Origin: Rotaria socialis
Taxonomy: Eukaryota
Length of the DNA stretch: 64,000 nt
Assembly: GCA_905331295.1 (NCBI GenBank)
Contig: CAJNYD010000459.1
Span: forward strand, 62,001 to 126,000
Direction: 5' to 3'
A model generated the notes under the pieces. The model was given only the letters and a program-made list of their open reading frames with translations, was not told where the DNA came from and searched no databases. Below, in pieces: positions 1-12,430 of the stretch (position 1 is the stretch's first letter; each line of letters starts with the position of its first letter). A program made the translations under genes and the position numbers.

Positions 1-809
1 GAAGACCGAAAAAAGTTTTTCGACATTATGGTATAAGCAGCAAGACGAATAAATATAGTGCTTTTATAAATCGTACCACTTGGTTTGGAAGAGAGCTGAA
101 CCTTTATTCGTGCTCTTCAGTGATAACAGGTCGTTTATTTTTCTTCTATTGTTATCTGCTTTTCAAAACATGAAATTAACAGCGGCCGATACTAATTTCA
201 TCCTTATGTTTTTTCGCTTTGTCTCTGAGTTGGCAAGAATTCTTGTATTCAGGTATTAACAAACATATACTGATAAAATAGTAAAAAATGCGAGTCAGCT
301 ATATTTGCAAAAAGCTAAGAAAGAAGACGCTTTTTATGGCAGTGCGTGATTTTCTACACGTGCGATAAATATAAAAGTTCACATCCCTGGGGGTAGACAA
401 GAACATGCCTGCACTCAGTTGCTATTTCGGCACACGTTATCAGAATGTCTATCATAATTATAATATTTACAAGAAAAGAAATCAATCATATGTTGTCTAT
501 GTTTTTTGCTCTTGCTGGTAAATAAGGAAACCTGATTTGAGAAGAATTACGGAGAAAACATGAAAAATTCAAAGAGAAAAACCATGTGACACGATGACTC
601 TGGAGTGTTTGTATACATACAAATACAATCAATGCAATTGTTGAGTTTTTTCTCTTTCATTTATGGCTGGGAACGTTGTTTTCAATTCAATAGGAATAAT
701 GATTTCTTCTTGAGTGTCAGGAAAAAAAATATGCATATGTCCTGCAGAAAAATCGAAACAAATAAAAAGTAACGACAAATCCTGATAAGAGGCGAAGTAC
801 TGGTGCCAA

Positions 810-2993
810 ATGGGTGGAAAAGAATCAAAACAAACTGTTTCGAAATTAATAACAAGTGCAACTGTACCATCGACTGCAGTGCGACCTAGTCGCCGCATAG
901 CTGAAAACTATTTAGTCATATGGGCTGATGAAAGTATAGACTCGAAAAATACAGATTGCCAAAATACATTAGATGAATTGCGTAGTGTAGTCAATGACGT
1001 TAATCCATGTACAACATCAACAGAATGCATTGGATGCCTCAATGACAATAAAGAGAAGATATCATTTGTCATCGCTTCTGGTGCTTTAGGACAACATCTA
1101 GTGCCCGAAATTCATAATATGCCAAATTTGAATGCTATTTATATTTTTTGTGGCAATAAACAGTATCATAGAGAATGGGTTCAAAAGTGGACCAAAATCA
1201 AAGAGTTAGATTCATCCATCAAATCAATATGCCAAGCGTTGTCACTGGCAATTAAGCAATGTAATCAAAATAATGTATCGGTGACCATTATCAGTGCACA
1301 CGAAGAAGACTTGAGTAAGAACTTAAATCGAATTGAACCAACGTTTATGTATTCCCAAATATTCAAGGAAATTCTTCTCGAGATGAAGCACGGCCACCAA
1401 GCTGTGAAAGATTTAGCCAAATTTTGCAAAAAAGGTGAATACCATGATAATAAAACTGAAATGAAAATTATCAAAGAATTTCAAGATACGTATCAACCAT
1501 CGGATGCCATTTGGTGGTACACACGTGAATGTTTCACATACAAATTGCTCAACAGCGCATTACGAACACTCAACGGTGACATCATCATTCGAATGGGTTT
1601 CTTTCTTTGTGATATACACCGACAGATCGAAGATCTACACAAGACACAAGTCAGTCTATATCGAAGGCAGCCATTCAAAATTTATCGAGGGCAAGGATTA
1701 TCAGCAGAAGACTTCGAAAAACTCAAAATAAACAAAGGTGGACTTATTTCTTTCAATAACTTTCTATCGACCAGTATCAAACGAGATATTTCTCTCGAGT
1801 TCGCCAATCATGCAATAGATGAACCTCATACAGTTGGTGTCCTTTTTCAAATGACAATCGATCCTACTATATCATCGAATCCATTTGCCTCCATACAAGA
1901 AATAAGTTATCACAATGAGGAAGCTGAAATTCTTTTCTCTATGCATACTGTTTTTCGAATTGATGAGACCGTCAAAGTTGATAGCAAACGTCCACTTTAT
2001 CAAGTTGATCTTAAACTTACGTCTAATGATGATAACCAACTGCGCCAGCTCACGGAAAGTATAAGAAGAGAAGCTGTAGGACCGACAGGTTGGGCCCGAT
2101 TGTGTCAGATGCTGCTCAAAATAGGTCAATTCGAAAAAGCTGAAGAATTATATACTGCACTACTCGAACAAGCGCCTACTGAGAGCGATAGAGCACTTTT
2201 TTATAACCAGCTTGGATTGATGAAGTACAATCAAGCAAAATACAAAGAAGCAATTTCATTTCATGAAAAATCACTCAAAATCAAGCGGAAAATGCTCCCA
2301 GATCATCATCACGAATTAGCTATTTCTTACAACAATATCGGTCAAGTCTACAATAGCATGGGTGACTATCCGAAAGCGCTTGAGTTTTATGAAAAAAGTG
2401 TAGAAATCAAGAAGAATACTTTTCCTTCGAATCATCCTTCATTAGCTACTTCCTACAGCAATATTGGTTCAGTTTATAACAATATGGGCGAGTATATGAA
2501 GGCACTTGAATTTCATGAAAAGGATCTTGAAATAGCGAAACAAACTCTGCCTCCAAATCATCCTGAATTGGCTGTATCCTATAACAACATAGGTCAAGTG
2601 TATAACAAGATGGGCAACTATCAGAAAGCCCTTGAATTTTACGAAAAAGCTCATAAAATAAAACATTCAGCTCTACCTCCGAATCATCCTGAACTTGCAA
2701 TATCTTATAACAACATGGGTGCAATGTACAAAAAAATAGGTATCTACTCGAAAGCACTTGAATTTTACGAAAAAGCACTGAAAATAAGACAAGAAATACT
2801 TTCGGATAATCATCCAGATCTAGCTCAATCATACAACAACATCGGAAATGTATACTGCGAAATGAAAGACTACTCTCAAGCAAAATCATTTCTAAAAAAG
2901 GCACTTGCTATCTGGCAAAAATCGTTACCTTCAACACATCCTTTTATTAGAACAGTCTTAGATAATCTTGGCTATGTTAAAAAGCAGCAGTAA
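810..2993 (+). CDS. ADP-ribosyltransferase (R-S-E clade) domain + TPR repeat protein, 727 aa, intronless
   Basis: ART motifs YRGQ, FLSTS and EAEILF (E-x-E). The C-terminal ~42-aa kinesin-light-chain-type TPRs read HPxLAxSYNNIGxVY...ALEFYEK. The N-terminus MGGKESK fits an N-myristoylation consensus. Confidence 0.9.
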   Translation: MGGKESKQTVSKLITSATVPSTAVRPSRRIAENYLVIWADESIDSKNTDCQNTLDELRSVVNDVNPCTTSTECIGCLNDNKEKISFVIASGALGQHLVPEIHNMPNLNAIYIFCGNKQYHREWVQKWTKIKELDSSIKSICQALSLAIKQCNQNNVSVTIISAHEEDLSKNLNRIEPTFMYSQIFKEILLEMKHGHQAVKDLAKFCKKGEYHDNKTEMKIIKEFQDTYQPSDAIWWYTRECFTYKLLNSALRTLNGDIIIRMGFFLCDIHRQIEDLHKTQVSLYRRQPFKIYRGQGLSAEDFEKLKINKGGLISFNNFLSTSIKRDISLEFANHAIDEPHTVGVLFQMTIDPTISSNPFASIQEISYHNEEAEILFSMHTVFRIDETVKVDSKRPLYQVDLKLTSNDDNQLRQLTESIRREAVGPTGWARLCQMLLKIGQFEKAEELYTALLEQAPTESDRALFYNQLGLMKYNQAKYKEAISFHEKSLKIKRKMLPDHHHELAISYNNIGQVYNSMGDYPKALEFYEKSVEIKKNTFPSNHPSLATSYSNIGSVYNNMGEYMKALEFHEKDLEIAKQTLPPNHPELAVSYNNIGQVYNKMGNYQKALEFYEKAHKIKHSALPPNHPELAISYNNMGAMYKKIGIYSKALEFYEKALKIRQEILSDNHPDLAQSYNNIGNVYCEMKDYSQAKSFLKKALAIWQKSLPSTHPFIRTVLDNLGYVKKQQ

Positions 2994-3167
2994 TGTGGGT
3001 GCGGGTGTGCGCACATATTATAGCTTGTTTCAGACCGAGAGCACAGATGCGACTCTTTACTTTCACATCCACATTCCCTCATTCCTTTTCGAATTTTGTT
3101 TTTCTATTCAGATATTTTTTGTATCTGTGTGTATTTTAAATATTATTATAACGTAGCAATAGATTCT

Positions 3168-3218
3168 TGAAGTACCTAATAATGACTATTCGAGCAGCAA
3201 TCGAAACGTGTCGTTTCA
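3168..3218 (+). ncRNA. Degenerate minimal type I hammerhead-like motif
   Basis: tgaagt-ac-CTAATAA-(imperfect stem II)-CGAAAC-GT-GTC-gtttca. The core is mutated from CTGATGA. A cacacccaca motif follows, as after the 59416 copy. Confidence 0.4.
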
Positions 3219-3813
3219 CGCTTTGAACCTATTTGAATTCATAATAAACACACCCACATCCTTGTTTTAAGCGATCAATCAGTTACAGATGATCGCCGAT
3301 TTCAGTGCAAAAAGTCGATTTTGTTGAGCGTGAATGATTGATAATTTCTGGATGGGGTGCACTGAGTAGTATAATTATACAGCGCCAACAATTCCAGAAG
3401 ACAATGAACACAAGTCACAAGAGAAAGATCTCCGATTTGAATATTACAGATGTTCCGAAACGCACTGTTTCGCGAAGAATGAATCTTGTTGATTTATTTT
3501 TCAACTATTATTACTTGAAACAGTCAATAGGATCTGGAACAAGAGGGATAAATGCGAGATTTGTTTTAATAAAAGTATTTACAAAGTACTCAACAAATAG
3601 ATAAGTATTGTGAAGCACTTACAACGATGAGGCATATTAATGAAAAGCAAATCAGTTGATTGTCTGCTAGTTTGATCATGGTTAACAGGCGACCGAACAA
3701 GAAAACTACACAATTCTGCCTTTGACATATCGTACTTCGGCCATCTATGCATTATTGTGATGTTTTGAAAATTGTGCCATGATAATTAGCACGATATTTG
3801 GTCTTCTGCCTTA

Positions 3814-4463
3814 TTATTTCATCAATCAATACGCTTCTTCATAAGCTAGAAAACAAACAGCATTGATGGGTATTGCTTTTGAGATTCCTCAAAGAAAAGC
3901 ACGATAAAATATGCGTTCACTACTTTCAGATTGAATTTCAGATCGAAACCGATTCAATGGATAACAAATTGACCAGGCGCAAAGTTCTTTATAAAAAACC
4001 ACGTAAACCACCATTATTTTCATAAACATATTTACAACAATCTTGTACATAAAAATCGAATGCGTGTGTATGGCGAACAAACAAATGTCCTTTAATCTGC
4101 CCATTAACTAGGCCAGTAGGTGTTTCAATGAACGATGATCCGAAACCAGTGAGAACACCAGCCACAAAAAAAAACTTTTCCTATTGTACGCTCACCATCA
4201 TTCTGATGGTTATGGAGATGTCGACTGATTTGTCCATAGAATAAATACTGTATCGCCATAACCGATGCTGGACTGATCAATGGTAAACTTAAATTACTTC
4301 AATAGAATCCATCGATGAAACCTTGTTTTTGGTAAATAGATAGAATAGAAGAGATTATATATTTATTACAGCCAAATAAATTGCTTTGCAGGCGGATAGA
4401 CAATGTTTCCCAAGGATGTGAAACGATAGCACCTGTCACACCACCAGCAATCAAATCTGTCAT
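3814..4463 (-). pseudogene. Mitochondrial carrier (SLC25) pseudogene
   Basis: Manual minus-strand translation gives MTDLIAGGVTGAIVSHPWETLSIRLQ...GFIDGFY*...FVAGVLTGFGSSFIETP...WSICYPLNRFRSEIQ...AIPINAVCFLAYEEAY*LMK. Three carrier repeats are recognisable, with TGA stops and poly-T frameshifts. Confidence 0.8.
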
Positions 4464-5291
4464 TATAGGACTCGAAATTAAGGATATATTTCAGGTATGC
4501 AGATTTATCAGTTCTTGTTCATATCAACAACATCCTCACTTGATTAGTAACTGATTTTGTAATATCAAGTATGCCGAGAAATGACATTCATTTTTGTTTA
4601 GTTTTTAGTTTTATGAAACCCAAAATGATTGGATGAAGCTCTCACACAGAATAAAGCTAATATTTTTTATTTCAAAAATTTTCGGTATAATTTCTAATTA
4701 AAGATCTTTCCGGAGATATGAATAAGATGTTGTTGTAGATGGCGGCATTTTTGAAGATATTTCGAAAACTGCTGAACATACGACACCGATCCATTTTTTA
4801 TTACAATCAAAAAAATTAGACTGATTTTTGTGAAAATTTTCTGCAATAAATTGTAACTTTATCTAGCTCAGAAAAGTAATAACAATCTATCGGCCGACCT
4901 GTTTCAGTCAATCAAAATCGAAGAAATAAAAGTGGCGTACACTCCTAAAATTGTAAGAGCAATTGTGTAAAGTATTTTGATTTTGATGGGTATCGGTGTG
5001 GATTCGAGTTCCACTAAGAAATGCATCATAGCCACACCACGCGATTAAGCACTCAATTGGGAACCGTGATTGTGAATCATTATAATTACTCAAAAAACAC
5101 CGCGTTACATTAATTCCTTGCTCAGAAAATATTCTAGATTTAAGCATCAGTGATCAAACATTTGTCTAATCCTCCGAACGCATATGTTTCTCTTAGTTTT
5201 AGTATTTGAGTCGAACTTGTATATTTTATATTAGTTTTTTTTCATTAGAAAAATGGAAACAATCAATATAAAAACAAGAATTATATCATCA

Positions 5292-7009
5292 TTATTTAGG
5301 TGTTTGTTTAATAACGTAATGGTTATTTTTAAATGCTTCTCGAGCACCTTCCGCTTCAATGTCATCAAAAAACGAACAATTTCGATTCCATATTTCAGAT
5401 AAGAATCCCTGATCAGGTGTGATATGGAAATGTCTAGGTGAAGATGGATCATAGCTGGACCATTGGCTCAATGGTCTTCCTGTTGTTGCTATATTAATCC
5501 AATGAGCAATTATTTCATTAGAAAATACTCTTGTTGGATTATCCCATGTACAATTGAATAATTCTTCTGAATGAAAATCACTAATAGTCCCGAATACAAA
5601 TGGAAGTTCAGCTGAATGTCTGCATATGCCCTCTTCAGGTACAACAGGACATTGAGGATAACAGTTTAGATGATACGAAAATAATTTATTTCGTTCGTAT
5701 TGTGGACCATATTTTAAGTAAAAAGCATTGAATATTCGACGAATGTCACAATCAAAAAGTTTATCCGTTGCCATCGAAAGAACGATATAACAGCAACGAC
5801 TATTATTAGCCATTCGATTTGATGAGCAATTTTGCAGATGATAATAATCCACGAGTGACGGTATCCATTTTTTTTCTATAGATTGACTTATTAAGTCTAT
5901 AGCCTGAGTATAATTCATATCAGGATAGTCAAGACATACTGTTAGGTCATAATCATTGTTACCCATAATAAGACTAATATTATTGTATTGCCCATTTTGA
6001 ATTGCTAAAGGTGGATACAACGGAAAGAAATAATTATCAATGATTGGTTTTGTATAACGATCACCATATATTGTAAATATATCTTCAATCGAAGAGTTGC
6101 GTATACATGAAAGAACTTTTTGTTTGTCTTCATTAGTACAATTCAATCGCTGAACAACTGAATTAGAACAATTGAGAGCATCACTCGTACTGTAGTAAGA
6201 CGTATACGTTCCAGGTGAACTTAAACCAGACTGACTTAATGCCGTTCGGTAAAGATCAGTTGATCCTTTCACTGCACCAAGATCAGTAACAGAAAGTCCT
6301 CCGGAACTTTGACCAAACAGTGAAACATTACTTGGGTCACCTCCATAATCGTGAATATTCTTCTTAATCCAACGAAGTGCAGATAGCATATCTAAGTACA
6401 TATAATTACCTGCTGTTGGCCATTCTGGATTCTCTTCAATTAATTCCTTCAAAAACATATCTGCTAATACGCCCAATCGGTAGTTGATTGTAATGATAAT
6501 AACAGGTTGATCTGATGGTGAATTCGCAATCATATTAGTACCATTATAGATCAATGGAATACTTTGTGATGAACATCCTATTTTATGAGCACCACCATGA
6601 ATCCAAACGAAAACTGGCAATAAAGAGTGATTCGATGGAACTATGGGTTTGTAGATGTTTAGATAGAGACATTGTTCATCTTGTTCAGGAATATAAGTAT
6701 CAGTTTTTGGTTGTGGACAACATGGGCCAAAGGATGTAGCTTGTAAAGAAAAATTTGGAAACATTTTTGATGCAAGATCCATTGGTGGTTTCCATCTCAC
6801 TACTTTTGCATATTGAATTCTAGGGAACAATGGCAACAACAAAAGTCATTAAACTTATTAGTTTTATCGTACCCTAAATATTCAATTGAATTTTGAGTTT
6901 GTCGACCATAGATGATTCCTTGTTGAGTGCGAAGACCAACATTTCCAGTTGCAGTAGTGATCGCAATAATCAAAAATAATATGTAGTGTGACAACCAAAA
7001 ATAAGTCAT
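5292..7009 (-). CDS. Secreted type-B carboxylesterase; exons 7009-6873 and 6819-5292
   Basis: Signal-peptide-like MTYFWLSHYILFLIIAITTA. A 53-bp GT-AG intron (6820-6872) joins EYLG|IQYA in frame. Motifs: EQCLYLNIY, WIHGG, NYRLG, catalytic GQSSGG, RHSAEL. Confidence 0.9.
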
Positions 7010-7559
7010 CTAAATAATTCAATGAATATACATGATCTGATATATTGTGGTGAGTGTCTGACAGGCTTTTAGTTAGGACAACGGAATAAGTGAGAAGAGT
7101 ATGGCCTTCGTTTATCGAGTAGGACCTCAAAAAACCTTGTTTTACAGTCGTTTCCCTTACACCTTTGTTATTTTATGAGAGACAATGTAATAAAACTATC
7201 TATGCTGTTTAACAGCGACTAAATAGTGAGGCATATTTTTTTATTCTTTTCTAATCTATGCTTTTATCTTCAAAAACTGCCCCATCACATAAATGACAGA
7301 GTAAAACAAATATTCATATGCTTAATAAAGGTGAGCTATTGATTTATTTCATATCCAAAAATGACGGCAGTAGAGTTTGCCTCATGTCAAATGTCTTCAT
7401 ATTGATGTCCTATTGGCTAGAAAATAGTCAATCATCCGATCAAATATTTACATTTTGCTAGTCAGTTGGACAAATCATAGCTCTTTCAATAAAAGGATGC
7501 TCTGTGAAGTAATTCATAATTTTTCATTTTTATTTTGAGTTACGTCGCAAAAGTGTATA

Positions 7560-8880
7560 TCTGATAGATACACCTAAAACGATTCTTTATCGTTTCAAAA
7601 GCACGTTATACTGCATTCCTTACCCTAACTAGTCCGCAATTAAACATACATACTTTTCTAGACATATTTGGTCTTTCAACATACGGTGTAAGAAGAGGTG
7701 AATTTAATGTAAATCAGAATCTACTATAATATGAGCATATATGTCACATTATTATCAATAAGATAATACTTTGTATATATTGAATTTCGCATTAACACCG
7801 TTTAGCGTTGATTTACTGTAAATGAAGCTATCATTGCAATGTTCAGATGCTCTTACATTCATGTATGTAAACATTAGATTACTATTGGCAACGACTAACA
7901 TAATCACCAGGGTGGCCAGATCTTCTGAAAACTAGGGAAAATTTCTGAATTTTGAACATGTTTCTGATTTTCTTCTGATCTTCTGATGTTTTTCTGAATT
8001 TGGAATCTTTTCAGATCGTTGCTTTGCCACTGAAATTAGGTACGATTATAACCCATTACTATAATAAAACAATAGTGTTTCATCAATTTTTTGTATTAAT
8101 CATCTTTTATATTCAACATTCGAATTCTGGAGTAAAATTGATTTTCGGTTATATGAAGAATTTATAGTCCGATTATCGTAATCCAGTAATATAAAACCAG
8201 ATAATGCTCAACTTAAAATAAAAGTGATTGGTAATAATTCTTGAGAAGGTTTTTATTAGCATATGTTATCTTAAACAAACTTCCCAGAGCAAATTCCAAA
8301 AGATACGAAATATGAATAACAATACCGAGATGATGGAATTTAACGTTTTTTTCTCGTTGGATTTCTTAATCTACGCAGAATGTATGTGATTTAGTTCTGC
8401 TCGTTTTTGTGAACGGGTTTTAAATTTAAAAAGAAGCTCAATATTAAGTATCTTGTATTGATGTTTGCGAATTAGCTAAACGATATATTCACTATAGTTT
8501 CTTTCGTTTTATTTAAATACCTTCGAAAATAAAGTTCCAGTCAGTGAACCGAAATGCAGCAGAATTTTAGATGCCAGTATTTTAGCGGAAGATCTACTAG
8601 TTTGCCAAAAACTGCCATTTTCTGATTAATTTCTGATTTTTCAGAGATTGTTTCTGATCGTTTTCTGATTTTGAAAAAATATTTTCTGATTTTTCAATTT
8701 TTGATCTGGCCACCCTGATAATCACCGAGTGGAACTTCTTGTAATTGTAATTATCGGGTTCAGCACCAGCAGGCGGCTTAATTTGGATGCACATAGCATC
8801 TAGCAATCCTAAACATGATGGATAGTCAGACTTGGTTAAAAATCTATTCATCGTTTCACGTATTTCAGCATCTTTCCTTG
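7560..8880 (-). pseudogene. PIF/Harbinger DDE transposase relic, split by a MITE
   Basis: YPSCLGLLDAMCIQIKPP...YNYKKFHSVI resumes after the MITE as MLVVANSNLMFTYMNV...CNDSFIY...LLTPY...FNCGLVRVRNAV*RAFETIKNRFRCI. It contains stops and frameshifts. Confidence 0.8.
7908..8717. mobile_element. Non-autonomous hAT-type MITE
   Basis: Perfect 15-bp TIR CAGGGTGGCCAGATC. Perfect 8-bp TSD ATAATCAC at 7900-7907 and 8718-8725. Subterminal TTCTGA repeats. Confidence 0.9.
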
Positions 8881-9515
8881 GACTAACCAGTCAAATGAAA
8901 GATATGCTATTGGCATCATATGCAGTAATTACAACCCTGACGCTACAACCTAGTGTACTGAATTTATTTATTTTTCTATATTTCTATCAAAATTACAGAT
9001 TTATACCTGACTATTAAAAAAAAACTCCGATTAATAGTGATTAATCGATTCGATTTTCAAGAAATGAATTTTTTCAAAATAAAAATACTCTATGATTTAA
9101 ATTGTTGGCAAGAACTTGTAAATATAACGGTAGAAATCTAGATTATACTTTGTAACGACAAACTAATAGATGACAAGTTTATCGTCAACCATCCCAATGA
9201 CGTTTACATTTGCACTTCATACAGCCAAAATGTGTCTATTTTACATACACCTCACGCTTATGTAGAAGAGAGACAGAAATGAGCACAGGATACAAAAAAG
9301 GAAGTGAGGATAAAGAGATAGGAGGAAAGAGAACAGAATGTCAATAGTAGATGCAATATCAATACTAGCACGTGTGCAGAGTTTGCTTTTATTTGTGATA
9401 TAATAGGCGAAAATAATCGATTACAAAATCTTGTTTTACAACGGTTCAGTGCACAATTATATTTTCGATATGTAGTGATTTTGAGGACATGAGTCAATAT
9501 TTTAATAGTCGTCCA

Positions 9516-10359
9516 CAGGGATATCAGATCTTCTGAATTTGGCAGAAAAGTTCTAATTTCTTGCTTTTTTTCTGCTCGATTTCTGGGTTTCTGAATTCTT
9601 CTGAATTTTGAGATTTTTTCAGTCTTTTTTTCTGAGTCCTGGTATTTGTCTACATTATCACTTTATAGTAATTTTACTATATATTTTACTGGTTTGCTGT
9701 GTCACCTTTATTTTCGCATTATTATTGGATAATTCATTGTATTTAGAATGATTCAGTAATGTACACTCGCTTCTGTCTAACCGTTAGACAGAAGCGTTAG
9801 ACTCTAACGTTTGTTCGCGTTCGCGTCCGACCGAATCTCATTACTATAAATAATATTTTCTAAGGTAAACTAAATTTCAAAGAAAGATGAAGTTTTACTT
9901 ATTATTTCGTACGTTTTAAAGTGGATTAGAGTAACGATGCATAATGAATCTGAATATTCAATTATGATTACAAGTTCAATTGAAGCAGAACAAGAAATTA
10001 TGGCAGTAACAATTACCATCCAAACAATAAAAACACCAGTTTCTCGTAAATTAAAGAAAAAGAAAGGTGTTTTTAAAAAAGATGGGCTAAATATAAAAGA
10101 ATATTCATTTTGGTTGCAGGAAATAAAAATGATTCTTCACAAGCTCGATGTAAATTTTGTTTAAAAACATTTAGTGTTCACTATGAAGGAAAATCAGCTG
10201 TAAACAAACATATTTTTCCAATAGAAACCTCAACATTTAGATCAAAACGTTTGACAATTTTTTTCTGAATTTACAGAAAATGGATTCTGAATTGGTCCTA
10301 ATGTCTCAGAATTTCAGTACGAACATTCCGATTTCTAACTTTTTGATCTGGCATCCCTG
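9516..10359. mobile_element. hAT-type MITE related to 7908-8717
   Basis: TIRs CAGGGATATCAGATC / GATCTGGCATCCCTG. TSD GTCGTCCA / GTCGTCCG (7/8). Same TTCTGA subterminal repeats. Confidence 0.8.
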
Positions 10360-11813
10360 GTCGTCCGTTATCTAGCATGTTATGATTATTCGTTAGTAAT
10401 TATAAAAAAAAGATCTTGGAAATATTTAAATAATATTTAAAAAGTCAATATTCATCTTATTATGGGTTTTATATCTCACTTTAAATGTAAAACTGGTGAA
10501 AGCGAATAAAAAAAAAATATATAAAATACAATTTAAATTTAAAATCTATTCTATTTTTATTGGGATGTATAAATTCTTTGAGATATTCCTCAAGCGATTC
10601 ATTTGTTGATTCATTACCAAAGCCTGTACAAACTCCATTAGGAATTCTTCTCATGATTGCTTGCGGCGTATTTGGACGACACTGTCGCGCTGAGAGGAAC
10701 AGATTAAAATTTCAACGTCGTAGACCTGTCCAACAAAACATAAATTCATTGTTTTATACAGGTAAACGACTATTATGAGTATCTGCTGTTGTTCAGTCGA
10801 ATGAAACGAACTTACCGATGGATAAAACAAATTTAAGAAAAATAGATAATTTCTTGAGGGTGTGGAAGTACAATGAAAAACATATTTCAAAATTTTCGCC
10901 TTATGATTGGTCAAACCTAGATTTACTGATAATACTTTCTTTTTATTTCTTTTTAGTTATCATCAAACAAATCGAATACAATTGAATCCTGTCGGGCGTC
11001 TTCATCTGATTCACCTTCACATGAAAAATGTTTAAAAGCGAACGACTAAAATATGTTAGAAAAATAAACAAAAAAGAAAATTGCTTAGCAATAGTTCTCA
11101 CTGAAACACCATTACATACCAATCATGAGAAATGTATTATTGTAAATCAAGATACAATGTTCCTCTTAATCGCTAGATTTTTTGTTCATTTTAATATGTT
11201 GGTTTCAATTTTTCTTTAAAATTAAGTTCATGTTGAAATAAATGCACTAGTAGGGTTTAAATTGGTGATTTACTGAGGAAAACGCATTTTTTCATATGCT
11301 ATATTCCGTATTCGCTGTTATGAGTAACCTTCTCCTCTGTACTATTGTTCGTTTTTGTTGCATTCGGTAATATTTTTATTGTCAATCGAAAAGTGCACTT
11401 TTTCATATTGGGTCATCCCGTGTGAAATGATCGTTTACGTGAAGCAACGCGCTTATTCTCATATTTTCTTGGTATTTTCTACCTCAATTCGCCTATTCAT
11501 CTCTGCTATTCTTCTTATTTTTATTGTACTGGATGCCGGATTTTATTCTAAATTCAGTTTTTATGTCACAAGATTTGTGTCATGACTAAAAAATACTATC
11601 TCTATTCTGATATAACATTATTACGTTGGATTGGAATTGTTCTTTTGTTCATTTAATATTATTCGCTTGGATGGATAAATGACGGTAGATAATAGAAAAG
11701 AGAATACAGGTTTGTTGCTTTTTTTTGTATTCATTCAACTGGTTTTTTGGTAAAAGAGGAGTCGTGAATATAAAAGGAATAAATGTATAACAAATGGTAC
11801 AAGAGGTAGGAAT

Positions 11814-12430
11814 CAGATGTGACCAGAGTCAATTTTATTGCCCTGCCCTGCTAATTAAGAAGAATTTTGTTCATGTTTTAATTCAAGTTTAAGTAATCTC
11901 TTTTATTCGAAAAATAGTTCAGCAAATCGATAAATGATCAACAAATAATAAACTAGCCTAATTGAAAAAGTGTATATGATGATATTGCATCATCACTGGT
12001 GATCCATCAGTAGATATATTTAACGAAGAGAGAATAGAAACGTCATTTTCATCGCCAGGAGGGATAGATGAAATATTAGCACATGAATCTATCGACGATG
12101 ATAGCAAGACATAGTTTTATTTTTAATAGTTTTATTGAAATAATCAGAACATGAGCAACTATTACAATTATATTTTAAATATATGTGCACTATTATCACT
12201 ATTATGATTCCTTTATTATTTCCTTTTGTTTTCTTACAAATTTGATTGGTCATCATGCAGACATAAATATAACTACCTATTTTACTATTTAATAACGCCA
12301 TCTGAATTTTTTAGTTTCTTTCACGCTACCGAGAAAAATAAAATTGCTATTATTTTCGAACTAAAGTAGGTCTATGCAGAATTTACAGGACATGAAGATA
12401 TAGCTCTGCCCTGCCCTGTGGACACCTCTG
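11814..12430. mobile_element. Older hAT-type MITE
   Basis: TIRs CAGATGTGACCAGAG / CTGTGGACACCTCTG (3 mismatches). TSD GTAGGAAT / GTAGGAAG. Subterminal TGCCC repeats at both ends. Confidence 0.7.

Noticed and set aside
2446..2904. 152-aa minus-strand ORF
   Set aside because: Antisense to the TPR repeats of the ART gene, with no independent coding signal.
10560..11150. Possible small spliced single-pass membrane protein gene
   Set aside because: There is a hydrophobic stretch and a plausible donor at ~10762, but no start, consistent exon chain or family motif could be established.
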